From positions 1,196 through 65,195 of the forward strand of contig JAFQOJ010000017.1 of the NCBI GenBank assembly GCA_017403265.1: DNA of 64,000 bases. Reading direction: 5' to 3'. Both the position numbers and the translations under genes were made by a program. The notes below the pieces were generated by a model. That model was not told the origin of the DNA and made no database searches. It saw only the letters and a program-made list of their open reading frames with translations. The stretch is from Clostridia bacterium (GTDB lineage Bacteria > Bacillota > Clostridia > Oscillospirales > Acutalibacteraceae). Below, piece by piece: positions 54,886 through 63,620 of the stretch. Within the stretch, counting starts at the first letter, position 1. Each line of letters starts with the position of its first letter.

Positions 54886-57800
54886 ATGAAAGATTTATCT
54901 AACATAAAAGAACTGTTAAACAATGACACCCCAACACACAGACGTAGCATTGTATTTTGCGAAACCCTATTTCATCTTTTTAGCACTCTTTGCATTTTTC
55001 TCAACTACGACAAGCATGCTCCTGTTGATATTGTTTTAACTGATAGCTCTGATTTTTCTAAAGCAAAAGAAATTCTTGAAAAAGAAGGTCCTTTTGAAAA
55101 TGTTTACACCATAAAGGTAAAAGAAAAAATCACACAGCTTTGGCAAGGAACAAAGCCAGAAGAACGCGAACAAATCGCACTCGATGCAGGCTCTTACTTG
55201 CCCGAGATTGACCTTGCTCATACTTATACCGACCTTTGGATAAATATTGATTCAATGGCTTCCAAAATGTTCTACTACAAGCTATTAAAATACGGTATGA
55301 CTCCAATGGTACACTTTATAGATGAAGGCACTTCTTCCTATATTTTGGATTTGAGCGCCACCGAAAAAGATTTCATTGACCACAATAAAATTTACGGAAA
55401 TAATTCGTTCTCTAAACGTATTGCTGATATGTGGTTACACGAGCCGAGAATTTACAGCGGCAAAATCAAAAGATTTCCGCGTTACCAAATACCTAATAAT
55501 ATTCTCAAAGACAACAACATTAAGAATTTTCTGATTCGTATTTTTGGCAGTTGTGATATACCTTCGGAAAAATTTATATTTTTCGAAGAATCTTTTACTG
55601 CCGATTCTCGCACCACTAACGATTTAGATGTTTTTTTAGAAATTGCAAATATTGTAGGTAAAGACAACATTATTGTTAAGCGCCACCCTAGAAATCCAAT
55701 TAACCGCTTTGAAAAATTAGGCTTCAAAGTAATGGAACAGCAAAACATCCCGTGGGAAATTATATTGCTTAATAATGATGTATCGGACAAGGTTCTAATA
55801 TCATTTGGCTCCAGCGCAACCCTAACCCCGTTTTTGCTTTACGGTATGCGCCCCAAGGCTTTTTTGTTAAAACGCCTTTTAGTTGGTAAGGTACCTTACT
55901 TAGATAATCCAAAAATGCTTAGCTTTTTCAAGAAAAGCGTAGCCCTTTTTAACCAGAATAACAAAAATCTTTATTTCCCCTGTTGCAATAAAGAATTACA
56001 ATTAGCTATACAGTACGTTAACGACAACCCCAATATTAAGGCTGATAATTCACCGCTGTTTGATACCAGCGACAGTTATTTATACGACCCGTTATATTGC
56101 GAGCCGGAAAATACCGCTGAGCAAGACTTAGAAGAAAACGAAGCTTCGAGCGATGCGGTTGTACCCTATGAACAAAAATTAGAAATTATAAACCAAAAGT
56201 TATCCAAGCTTGAATCACCGTATATGTCGATAATTGTGCCTGTGTACAATGTTGAAAAATACCTTCGCCGTTGTTTGAATTCTATTGTTTTCCAAACAGT
56301 AGATAATATTGAAATTATTGTTGTAAATGATGGCTCACCTGATAATTCTCAACAAATTATTGACGAATACGCAGCTCTATTCCCCCAAAAAATAATCCCC
56401 CTTAAAAAGAAAAACGGCGGTCTTTCCAGCGCGCGTGAGTATGGATTAAAATACGCGAAGGGCAAATATGTAGGCTTTGTAGATTCTGACGACTATATAG
56501 ACTGTAATTATTGCCGCAAATGTCTTGAAGCCTTATTGTATGAGGATACAAAAGCGGTTGCCTTCTGCGTAAATCACGTTCAAAGTGACGGCACCGTAAC
56601 TGCAGGCAAAAAGCCCTCCGATACCAGTATAAAATCTCTAATACTTGATATGGCTGCATCTTTTTGGTCTAAAGTTTACGACAGGGAATTTTTAATAGAA
56701 AATATTAAATTTTTAAATATGTGGTATGAAGATATTCCTGTTATAAACCCCATGCTTTCATATTTGGACAAGGTAAGCATTCTAAAAGAAGGCTTGTACT
56801 ATTATCTGCGTGACAGAGAGGACTCTATAACCAATAAAATTGCCGACATACGCCAGCTCGATGCACTAAAAGCCGAAAAAATGGCTATTGATAATACAAA
56901 CCCCATTTACCGAGATTATCAAATAGCCAGAAGTATTTCAAGACTGGCGACTATGAATATTGATTCCTTTTATGACCAAGTATATGATTTTATACAAAAC
57001 TATCGCAAAGATTTATTGCGCGACCAAGTAAGAGAAAATATTCCATCCTATATACTAAGAACCATTGATGAAATTTTAAGTAAAAAGGAAAAATGCATCC
57101 CCGAAAATATCTTTATATCCGCTTTCAACAAAAATGACGAAGAAAAAATTGCTTTAAAACAAAAATATTTAAACCGAGTACTTTGGGGCGAACAAAATAT
57201 TGTTATTGTAGACGAAAGCAATTGTGACTTTTCGGAAAATCCTATAACACAAAAGCTTTACGATAATGCTGAATTCGATAAGCTTTCTGCATATTATACT
57301 GCAAAAATGATATATGAAAATGGCGGTATCGCACTTAACGGAGATTTTGTTTTTAACTATACTCTTAATAAGTTTACCTATTCAGATGCATTTTTCAGTT
57401 TTGAGGCAAGCAACCGCATCAGCAACGCAATATTTGGTGCGCAAAAGGGTTCAAATATAATTAAAAATATTTGCGAAAGATTTTTAGAGCAAGGCGGTGC
57501 TCTAACCTTAAACGAATGTGCCGAGTATTATCTTATAGGCAAATACGGTGCTATGCTCAAAGATTTCAATCAGAATTTAGGCAATATTGATATTTGGGGT
57601 TCTAAAATTTTCATTCATAAGGTAGACAACTCTAATGTTGCAATTTTATGCAATATGCGTAAGAACAATTTTATCGAATTGCCGCTTTCAGCATACTCAG
57701 AGCATATTAATTATATATCGCAAAATTTTGTTCCCACTGAAAAACTCAGCACCTTCAAAAATAAGTGCCTAACCTTAGAAAGACAAAGCGAAAAACGCTT

Positions 57801-58086
57801 AGAACGTATTTTAGAACTTAAACCTATAATTTGGGATTTGAGAGCTCGGCTTTCAAGAGCTAATAAAAATGTTGCTGCTCTTAAAAAGCGAATCAATGAA
57901 CTAAAGGAAGCAAATCGTAATTTTAAAGCGAGCAATAAAAAGCTTAAAGAAAAAAACCGTGAATTAAAAGAAAAAAACAAAAAGCTTAAAAAGAAAACCA
58001 AAATTTTAAAGCGTTTCCCCTTTAATTTTCTATTAAAGGTGCGTAAAATTTTGAGTAAAATACTTAATAGGAGAAAGAAAAAATGA
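54886..58086 (+). CDS. 1066-aa multidomain glycosyltransferase: sialyltransferase-like (GT52/GT38-like) + GT2 + GT32-like domain + basic coiled-coil tail
   Basis: aa 1-400 carry D-E-G (55321-55329) and H-P (55684-55689) motifs about 120 aa apart. aa 445-700 are GT2 (IIVPVYNVEKYL...VVNDGSPD...FVDSDDY). aa 735-900 have a GGIALNGD segment resembling a Gly_transf_sug domain. aa 960-1066 are Lys-rich heptads. Confidence 0.7.
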   Translation: MKDLSNIKELLNNDTPTHRRSIVFCETLFHLFSTLCIFLNYDKHAPVDIVLTDSSDFSKAKEILEKEGPFENVYTIKVKEKITQLWQGTKPEEREQIALDAGSYLPEIDLAHTYTDLWINIDSMASKMFYYKLLKYGMTPMVHFIDEGTSSYILDLSATEKDFIDHNKIYGNNSFSKRIADMWLHEPRIYSGKIKRFPRYQIPNNILKDNNIKNFLIRIFGSCDIPSEKFIFFEESFTADSRTTNDLDVFLEIANIVGKDNIIVKRHPRNPINRFEKLGFKVMEQQNIPWEIILLNNDVSDKVLISFGSSATLTPFLLYGMRPKAFLLKRLLVGKVPYLDNPKMLSFFKKSVALFNQNNKNLYFPCCNKELQLAIQYVNDNPNIKADNSPLFDTSDSYLYDPLYCEPENTAEQDLEENEASSDAVVPYEQKLEIINQKLSKLESPYMSIIVPVYNVEKYLRRCLNSIVFQTVDNIEIIVVNDGSPDNSQQIIDEYAALFPQKIIPLKKKNGGLSSAREYGLKYAKGKYVGFVDSDDYIDCNYCRKCLEALLYEDTKAVAFCVNHVQSDGTVTAGKKPSDTSIKSLILDMAASFWSKVYDREFLIENIKFLNMWYEDIPVINPMLSYLDKVSILKEGLYYYLRDREDSITNKIADIRQLDALKAEKMAIDNTNPIYRDYQIARSISRLATMNIDSFYDQVYDFIQNYRKDLLRDQVRENIPSYILRTIDEILSKKEKCIPENIFISAFNKNDEEKIALKQKYLNRVLWGEQNIVIVDESNCDFSENPITQKLYDNAEFDKLSAYYTAKMIYENGGIALNGDFVFNYTLNKFTYSDAFFSFEASNRISNAIFGAQKGSNIIKNICERFLEQGGALTLNECAEYYLIGKYGAMLKDFNQNLGNIDIWGSKIFIHKVDNSNVAILCNMRKNNFIELPLSAYSEHINYISQNFVPTEKLSTFKNKCLTLERQSEKRLERILELKPIIWDLRARLSRANKNVAALKKRINELKEANRNFKASNKKLKEKNRELKEKNKKLKKKTKILKRFPFNFLLKVRKILSKILNRRKKK

Positions 58087-58796
58087 AAGTAACTGCATTA
58101 CTTACAGGAAAAGGGAATTCAACTTTAAGGGATAAAAACACCCTTGAAATTTGCGGCTTTCCCACACTTTTTTATCCTGCAAATGCTGCAAAAAAATCCA
58201 AAGAAATTACTACTTACTATTGTTCAAGCGATGGGGAAAAAGTTCTTTCAACAGCCGAAAAGTTTGGCTTTGAAAGAATTGTACGCCCAGCAGAATTAGC
58301 CACTCCCCAAGCTCAGCACATTGACTGCATTTTACACGCTTTGGAAATAATGAAGCAAAAAAACGATTTGCCCGATATATTGGTGGTTTTATTAGCCAAC
58401 AATGTTACGGTTAAATCAAAGTGGATAGATGACTGTGTAAGGATTATGAAAAACGACCCATCTGTAACAGCGGTTGTTCCCACCTTTGAGAAAAGTGAAT
58501 TTCATCCGCTTAGGGCTAAATCAGTAAATCCTGACGGAACACTTTCTATGTATGAAAAAGGTGTTACAGGCAAAATTTCCACCAACAGACAAGACCTACC
58601 CTCCTGCGTTTTCTTGGCTCACAACTTTTGGGTACTTAATGTAGAAAACATATTATCGGGAAATATGGGACAACCACCTTGGGATTTTATGGGCAATAAA
58701 ATTATGAACTATCCTATATGCGAAGCGTTGGATATTCACGACGAAGCCGATATTTATCTTGCATCGCAATGGATTAAAGAACACTATGAAGATTAA
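58083..58796 (+). CDS. Acylneuraminate (nonulosonic acid) cytidylyltransferase family protein
   Basis: CTP_transf_3-like N-terminus (ALLTGKGNSTLRDKNTLEICGFPTLFY...SSDGEKV...RPAELATPQAQHIDCILHAL). Its start overlaps the upstream stop (ATGA). Confidence 0.65.
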   Translation: MKVTALLTGKGNSTLRDKNTLEICGFPTLFYPANAAKKSKEITTYYCSSDGEKVLSTAEKFGFERIVRPAELATPQAQHIDCILHALEIMKQKNDLPDILVVLLANNVTVKSKWIDDCVRIMKNDPSVTAVVPTFEKSEFHPLRAKSVNPDGTLSMYEKGVTGKISTNRQDLPSCVFLAHNFWVLNVENILSGNMGQPPWDFMGNKIMNYPICEALDIHDEADIYLASQWIKEHYED

Positions 58797-58797
58797 T

Positions 58798-58828
58798 AAA
58801 AGCCACTCGTATGAGTGGCTTTTATTTT
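58798..58828. terminator. Bidirectional terminator
   Basis: AAAAGCCACTC (58798-58808) / GAGTGGCTTTT (58813-58823) with loop GTAT and T/A runs on both sides. Confidence 0.75.
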
Positions 58829-59678
58829 AATTCTCATAAAATACGCTGTGATTAAATATCTTCTTATCGCCTGCTTCTAGCTTTAATATACCTTCCTTTT
58901 TGGTAATATCTGTAACACCGCCGTTAGAAGAGCAAATACCTGCCCATGGTTCAAAACAAATATACGGGGCGCCCGGCTTATGCCATAAAAGCAAATAATC
59001 AAAGCCTTCATACTTAATTGAAGCGGTTTCGCCCGTTTTACGATTACGAAGTGTTGCATATCGGGATTTAACATCCTTAAATATAATAGAATCTATATTA
59101 AAATAATGCTCATAAAGGGGTAAAACATTACTATCCTTTAACATAATGTTTCTTGTACACGGTACACTTTTATCCTTATATGTAACATTATAAAGCGTTT
59201 CCTTATGTTCAAATATAATATCGTAATCCTCTATACCGCCCTCGCAATAATAACTTTCGTGAGCGCCTACCGAATAGTACATTGTACACTCGGAGGTGTT
59301 TTTAATTTCATAAGCGGTATCAAGACAGTTGCCGCGAATGGTGTATGTAACCCTGAACTCAAAATTCCAAGGGTATTGCTTTAAGGTTTCTTCGGTATCC
59401 TTAAAAACAAAGGTGGCAGATAAATCTGTAGCGCACTCTACTTCGGCAACAGTGTCTTTAACAAAACCGTGCATATCCATATAATATTCTTTTTCGTTAT
59501 AGGTAAAGTAACCCTCACGCAAGCGGCTGCAAATTGGGAAAAGCACAGGTGATACATCACCCCAATACTCTGGGTCGGCGGTCCAAACGCGGTTTTTACC
59601 GTCACACAAAAGCTTGCGTACTTCGGCACCCTTTTCTTCTATTTCAACATATAAAATTTCGTTTTTAAGAATTACCAT
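58827..59678 (-). CDS. Aldose 1-epimerase (galactose mutarotase-like) family protein
   Basis: All-beta mutarotase-like sequence (HGF...FEF..., LLWHKPGAPYICFEPW). ATG at 59678 sits 8 nt after a GGAG SD. Confidence 0.65.
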   Translation of the reverse strand: MVILKNEILYVEIEEKGAEVRKLLCDGKNRVWTADPEYWGDVSPVLFPICSRLREGYFTYNEKEYYMDMHGFVKDTVAEVECATDLSATFVFKDTEETLKQYPWNFEFRVTYTIRGNCLDTAYEIKNTSECTMYYSVGAHESYYCEGGIEDYDIIFEHKETLYNVTYKDKSVPCTRNIMLKDSNVLPLYEHYFNIDSIIFKDVKSRYATLRNRKTGETASIKYEGFDYLLLWHKPGAPYICFEPWAGICSSNGGVTDITKKEGILKLEAGDKKIFNHSVFYEN

Positions 59679-59772
59679 AAAAAACACTCCTTTTTTGTCA
59701 TTATACCCTTTATTACATTATATTTCAACCAAAATTTAACCTTTTTACACCTTTTACATAAAATAGTAAGAG

Positions 59773-60324
59773 GTGATTTTTTTGGATAAAAATTTATTAG
59801 AAAATTATAAGGCGCAAATGCTTAAAATGTATAACTCGGTAAAGGGAAGTAATCCTACCTCGACACCTGTTGTCGAGATGTCTGTTGCCGAGCCTGAAAT
59901 AACAACCGATTCTCCACCAACACCGCCCCAAAGCACAAGCACAGGCAGTCTTATAGGAATAGTAACCGCCATTCGCGAGCTTTACCCCATAAACAATGCC
60001 AGAGTAACAATTTTTACGGGTGATTATAATAACGATATGCAGATAATTGACCGCGACCTTACCGATAACAGCGGACGGACTAAAACCTTTTATTTGCCCA
60101 CCCCCGAACGTGCTTTATCCTTAGATGAAACCAATACCGTTTTACCCTATTCGCTTTACAATATGTTAATTGAAGCAGACGGATATGTTAAAAACATACA
60201 TCTTAATATTCCTGTTTTCAGTAATGTAACTTCTTTACAGCAATCAAATTTAATTTTGGAAGAAACCGCAGGCCAAGATAAAGGACCACGGATTTTTGAC
60301 GAAGCACAAAAATATAATTTGTAA
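59773..60324 (+). CDS. Hypothetical protein (Pro/Ser/Thr-rich linker + beta-rich C-terminal domain), upstream partner of the SleC-like gene
   Basis: Open frame with coding-like composition. The start is uncertain (GTG at 59773, or TTG at 59782 after an AGAGGTG SD). No family recognised with confidence. Confidence 0.5.
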   Translation: MIFLDKNLLENYKAQMLKMYNSVKGSNPTSTPVVEMSVAEPEITTDSPPTPPQSTSTGSLIGIVTAIRELYPINNARVTIFTGDYNNDMQIIDRDLTDNSGRTKTFYLPTPERALSLDETNTVLPYSLYNMLIEADGYVKNIHLNIPVFSNVTSLQQSNLILEETAGQDKGPRIFDEAQKYNL

Positions 60325-60333
60325 GGTGATAGT

Positions 60334-61692
60334 ATGCCCGAAATTTTATATCCCGTAATTCCCGAAACCATAACGGTACATTTAGGCGCGCCAGGCAGTA
60401 ATGCTAAAAATGTTACAGTTCCCTTTACAGACTACATTAAAAATGTAGCGTCAAGCGAAATATACCCTACTTGGCCTGAAAATGCCTTACGCGCTAATAT
60501 TTATGCCATTATTTCCTATGCGCTAAACCGCGTTTATACCGAATACTACCGCTCGCGCGGGTATGATTTTGATATTACAAACACCACTCAGTACGACCAG
60601 GCCTTTGTAGAAAACCGAGAAATTTTTGAAAATATAGGTTACATAGTAGATGAAATTTTTAACGACTATATAGTCCGTCAAGGTAGTATCGAGCCACTTT
60701 TTGCCGCCTTTTGCAACGGCACCACATCTACTTGTGAGGGACTTTCTCAATGGGGTACTGTAAGCCTTGCCGAAAGCGGCAGAACTCCGTTTTCAATTTT
60801 GCAAAACTATTATGGCAATGATATAGGTATTGTAAATGACGCGCCCGTAGGCTTTACCGAAGAATCTTATCCGGGTGTTCCCTTGCGCGTGGGAGATTCA
60901 GGCAACAATGTGCAAATAATTCAAACCGAGCTAAACCGAATAGCGCGCAACTACCCAGCCATACCGCGAATAGAAGAAGTAAACGGAATTTTTGGATTAG
61001 ACACTGAAGCGGCGGTTCGTAAATTCCAAGAAATATTTAACCTTACCGTAAACGGTGAAGTGGACAAAGCAACTTGGTATAGAATAAAACAATATTACAA
61101 CGGGGTTAAAAGCCTTTCAGACCTTGTAAGTGAAGGTATCACAATTGCAGAAGCTACCGTCCCCTTTCAAAATCAGGTAAGCGAAGGTGACAGCGGTATA
61201 CCCGTTACCACAATACAGTATTATTTAAGTATTATCGCCTATTTCAACAGTGCCTTAGAGCCTGTGCCGCGTAGTGCTTATTACGGAAGCGAAACCGTAG
61301 CGGCAGTAGAGCGTTTTCAAGAGTTTTACGGTTTGCCCGTAACAGGTATAGTAGATGACGATACTTGGAATACAATTAGCCGCATTTACACCGAAACCGT
61401 AGCCTCTTTACCTCAGGGCTATCAAGGCACAAACGCTAAATTATACCCTGGATTTTTCTTAACAGAGGGTATGCGAAGCGAAAATGTACGTGATTTGCAA
61501 ACCTATTTATCACTGATATCCCAAAACATACCCGAAGTACCATCAGTTTCGGTTACAGGCTATTTTGGTGAACAAACCGAAAATGCCGTAAGAGAATTTC
61601 AGCGCCTTTTTTCTCTTCCCGTATCGGGCGCAGTAGGCCCTGCTACATGGTCGGCAATAGCTAATCAGTACGATTTCTTTAATAATCAGTAA
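60334..61692 (+). CDS. SleC-like spore cortex-lytic enzyme / peptidoglycan-binding protein
   Basis: The N-terminal domain (ITVHLGAPGSNAKNVTVPFTDYIKNVASSEIYPTWPENALRANIYA...) recalls clostridial SleC. Three PG_binding_1 repeats follow (GDSG..V..IQ..L...FG..T..AV..FQ). Confidence 0.6.
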   Translation: MPEILYPVIPETITVHLGAPGSNAKNVTVPFTDYIKNVASSEIYPTWPENALRANIYAIISYALNRVYTEYYRSRGYDFDITNTTQYDQAFVENREIFENIGYIVDEIFNDYIVRQGSIEPLFAAFCNGTTSTCEGLSQWGTVSLAESGRTPFSILQNYYGNDIGIVNDAPVGFTEESYPGVPLRVGDSGNNVQIIQTELNRIARNYPAIPRIEEVNGIFGLDTEAAVRKFQEIFNLTVNGEVDKATWYRIKQYYNGVKSLSDLVSEGITIAEATVPFQNQVSEGDSGIPVTTIQYYLSIIAYFNSALEPVPRSAYYGSETVAAVERFQEFYGLPVTGIVDDDTWNTISRIYTETVASLPQGYQGTNAKLYPGFFLTEGMRSENVRDLQTYLSLISQNIPEVPSVSVTGYFGEQTENAVREFQRLFSLPVSGAVGPATWSAIANQYDFFNNQ

Positions 61693-61708
61693 AATTTGTT
61701 TTACCTCC

Positions 61709-61736
61709 TTGCATTTTTTTAATTTCGCGGTATAAT
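61709..61736 (+). promoter_or_regulatory. Sigma-A-type promoter upstream of mrp
   Basis: TTGCAT (61709-61714), 16-nt spacer, TATAAT (61731-61736). Confidence 0.5.
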
Positions 61737-61770
61737 AGTATTGTTAAATTTTTATTTAGGAGTTTTAAAA

Positions 61771-62610
61771 ATGTCAGATAAAACAAACGGTTGTTCGGGC
61801 AACTGCAGCTCTTGTGCACAAAACTGTGGTTCTAGAGAACAGCAAAGCCTTTTAGAGCCAACAGGCGAATACAACAATATTAAGCACGTTATCGGTGTTG
61901 TAAGCGGTAAGGGCGGTGTAGGTAAATCACTCGTCACTTCGTCCCTTGCGGTACTTATGCAAAAAATGGGCTATAAGGTAGGTATTTTGGACGCCGATAT
62001 TACAGGCCCTTCAATCCCTAAAACCTTTGGTATAAATAGCCGTGCTATGCAAAACGAAATTGGTATTTTACCAACTGAAACCAAAACAGGCATTAAGCTT
62101 ATGTCTATAAATTTGTTACTCGAAGATAAGGAATCCCCTGTTTTATGGCGCGGTCCGGTAATTGCAGGTGCGGTAAAACAATTCTGGCACGATGTTGTAT
62201 GGGGTGACCTGGACTATTTATTTGTAGACTGCCCTCCCGGCACAGGCGATGTACCGCTTACCGTTTTCCAAAGCCTACCGCTTGACGGTATTGTTATAGT
62301 AACCTCCCCGCAAGACTTAGTTTCTATGATAGTTAAAAAGGCTTATAATATGGCGGATATGATGAAGATTCCCGTACTCGGTCTTGTTGAAAATATGAGC
62401 TATGTTGTTTGCCCCGAATGTGGCGAAGAATTTAAGATTTTCGGCAGTGGCTCAGACAGTATTGCCGAAGAATTAAATATAGATTTACTTGGCAAAATGC
62501 CTATTGATATAAGCGTTGCTAAGATGGTAGATAACGGTAATTTTGAAATGTACGATAACCGTTATTTAGCCGATGCCGCAAAGCAAATTAATGAAAAAGT
62601 TAATAAATAG
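61771..62610 (+). CDS. Mrp/NBP35 (ApbC) family Fe-S cluster carrier ATPase
   Basis: Cys-rich N-terminus, deviant Walker A GKGGVGKS and a CPEC motif. ATG at 61771 follows an AGGAG SD. Confidence 0.85.
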   Translation: MSDKTNGCSGNCSSCAQNCGSREQQSLLEPTGEYNNIKHVIGVVSGKGGVGKSLVTSSLAVLMQKMGYKVGILDADITGPSIPKTFGINSRAMQNEIGILPTETKTGIKLMSINLLLEDKESPVLWRGPVIAGAVKQFWHDVVWGDLDYLFVDCPPGTGDVPLTVFQSLPLDGIVIVTSPQDLVSMIVKKAYNMADMMKIPVLGLVENMSYVVCPECGEEFKIFGSGSDSIAEELNIDLLGKMPIDISVAKMVDNGNFEMYDNRYLADAAKQINEKVNK

Positions 62611-62614
62611 TTTA

Positions 62615-62640
62615 AAAGACTCAGGGTAACCTGAGTCTTT
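62615..62640. terminator. Bidirectional terminator
   Basis: AAAGACTCAGG (62615-62625) / CCTGAGTCTTT (62630-62640) with loop GTAA. Confidence 0.7.
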
Positions 62641-62641
62641 G

Positions 62642-63475
62642 TTATTTTAAATATTTTTCGATATTTGAGTTTATCTCTTCAACCAAACTATGCTCGTTTA
62701 TTTGGTGGTCTACCGCCGAGTAAAAACTCTCTGGCAGGCGTGTTAAATTAGGCGATATAAAAATTTTGGGACTGCTTTGCTTTACCGCTTTTAAAAATTC
62801 CAAATACTCAATATTAGAAATACAAAAATCTTCAAAAATTTCAGCCAAAGGCTTCCTTTTCACAGGCCTTTTTAAAGAAGAAAGATTAAAATTTATATTA
62901 TTAAATTTATTACAAACCTCGGTTAAGAATTCCTTAGAATAGCCATTTAACGCATTATAAAAAGCATTGTTGTTTAAAAGCAATGACGGATGCATAGCGC
63001 CTATAATACTCCAAAAATACATTTGGTTATAAAAGCAACTGAAACCGTTATTTAAAAAGGGTGGAAAATAATTAGTAATAAGTACATTGCCCACCGTATT
63101 TTTAGCCGTAAAAATTGTGTTTGTGTAGCGGCTTTCGTATATGTAATGAAAAATGGATTGCTGCATTACAGGATAGCCTGAGAGTGCTTCAAATTTTATG
63201 CGTTCGAGCAAATTTATAAATCCCGAATTCACACGCAAAAACTCCTGATAATAAGCTAATGGCCGCTCTCCTTTTTTAAAGTTTTCATTAAAACTTATAA
63301 ATTTTTGGTAATATCCCTTTAATTCTTCTTTAAAAAAATCTTCTAAAACTACAGTAGTGCCGGGGACCGACCTTAAAAGCGAAGCTATATGTTCAGCTAT
63401 ATTTTCACTCCAAAAAATTGCGGCTTTGCGCATCAGTACCGAAACTCTTTCATTACTGCAATTTATAAAATTCAT
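62642..63475 (-). CDS. Hypothetical helical protein with two internal repeats (possibly DUF2935-like)
   Basis: Repeated FWSENIAEH... / FWSIIGAMH... segments. ATG at 63475 follows an AGGGTG SD. AT-rich gene. The family assignment is from memory only. Confidence 0.45.
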   Translation of the reverse strand: MNFINCSNERVSVLMRKAAIFWSENIAEHIASLLRSVPGTTVVLEDFFKEELKGYYQKFISFNENFKKGERPLAYYQEFLRVNSGFINLLERIKFEALSGYPVMQQSIFHYIYESRYTNTIFTAKNTVGNVLITNYFPPFLNNGFSCFYNQMYFWSIIGAMHPSLLLNNNAFYNALNGYSKEFLTEVCNKFNNINFNLSSLKRPVKRKPLAEIFEDFCISNIEYLEFLKAVKQSSPKIFISPNLTRLPESFYSAVDHQINEHSLVEEINSNIEKYLK

Positions 63476-63549
63476 AAAATCACACCCTAACAATATATTG
63501 ATATGCAAGTGCAATATAAAAAATAATATAATTTACCCACCAAAAAGCA

Positions 63550-63578
63550 TTGATATTTTATTTTAAATTAAGTATAAT
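63550..63578 (+). promoter_or_regulatory. Sigma-A-type promoter upstream of murD
   Basis: TTGATA (63550-63555), 17-nt spacer, TATAAT (63573-63578). Confidence 0.5.
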
Positions 63579-63620
63579 ATAAAGATAGATATATTTAATA
63601 TAAAATTGGGGGTAATTAGT

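Noticed and set aside
57840-58086. Lysine-rich repetitive 3' end of the glycosyltransferase gene as a possible separate gene or frameshift artefact
   Set aside because: It is in frame and continuous with the upstream domains. It ends in ATGA coupling with the next gene, and its heptad pattern fits a coiled coil.
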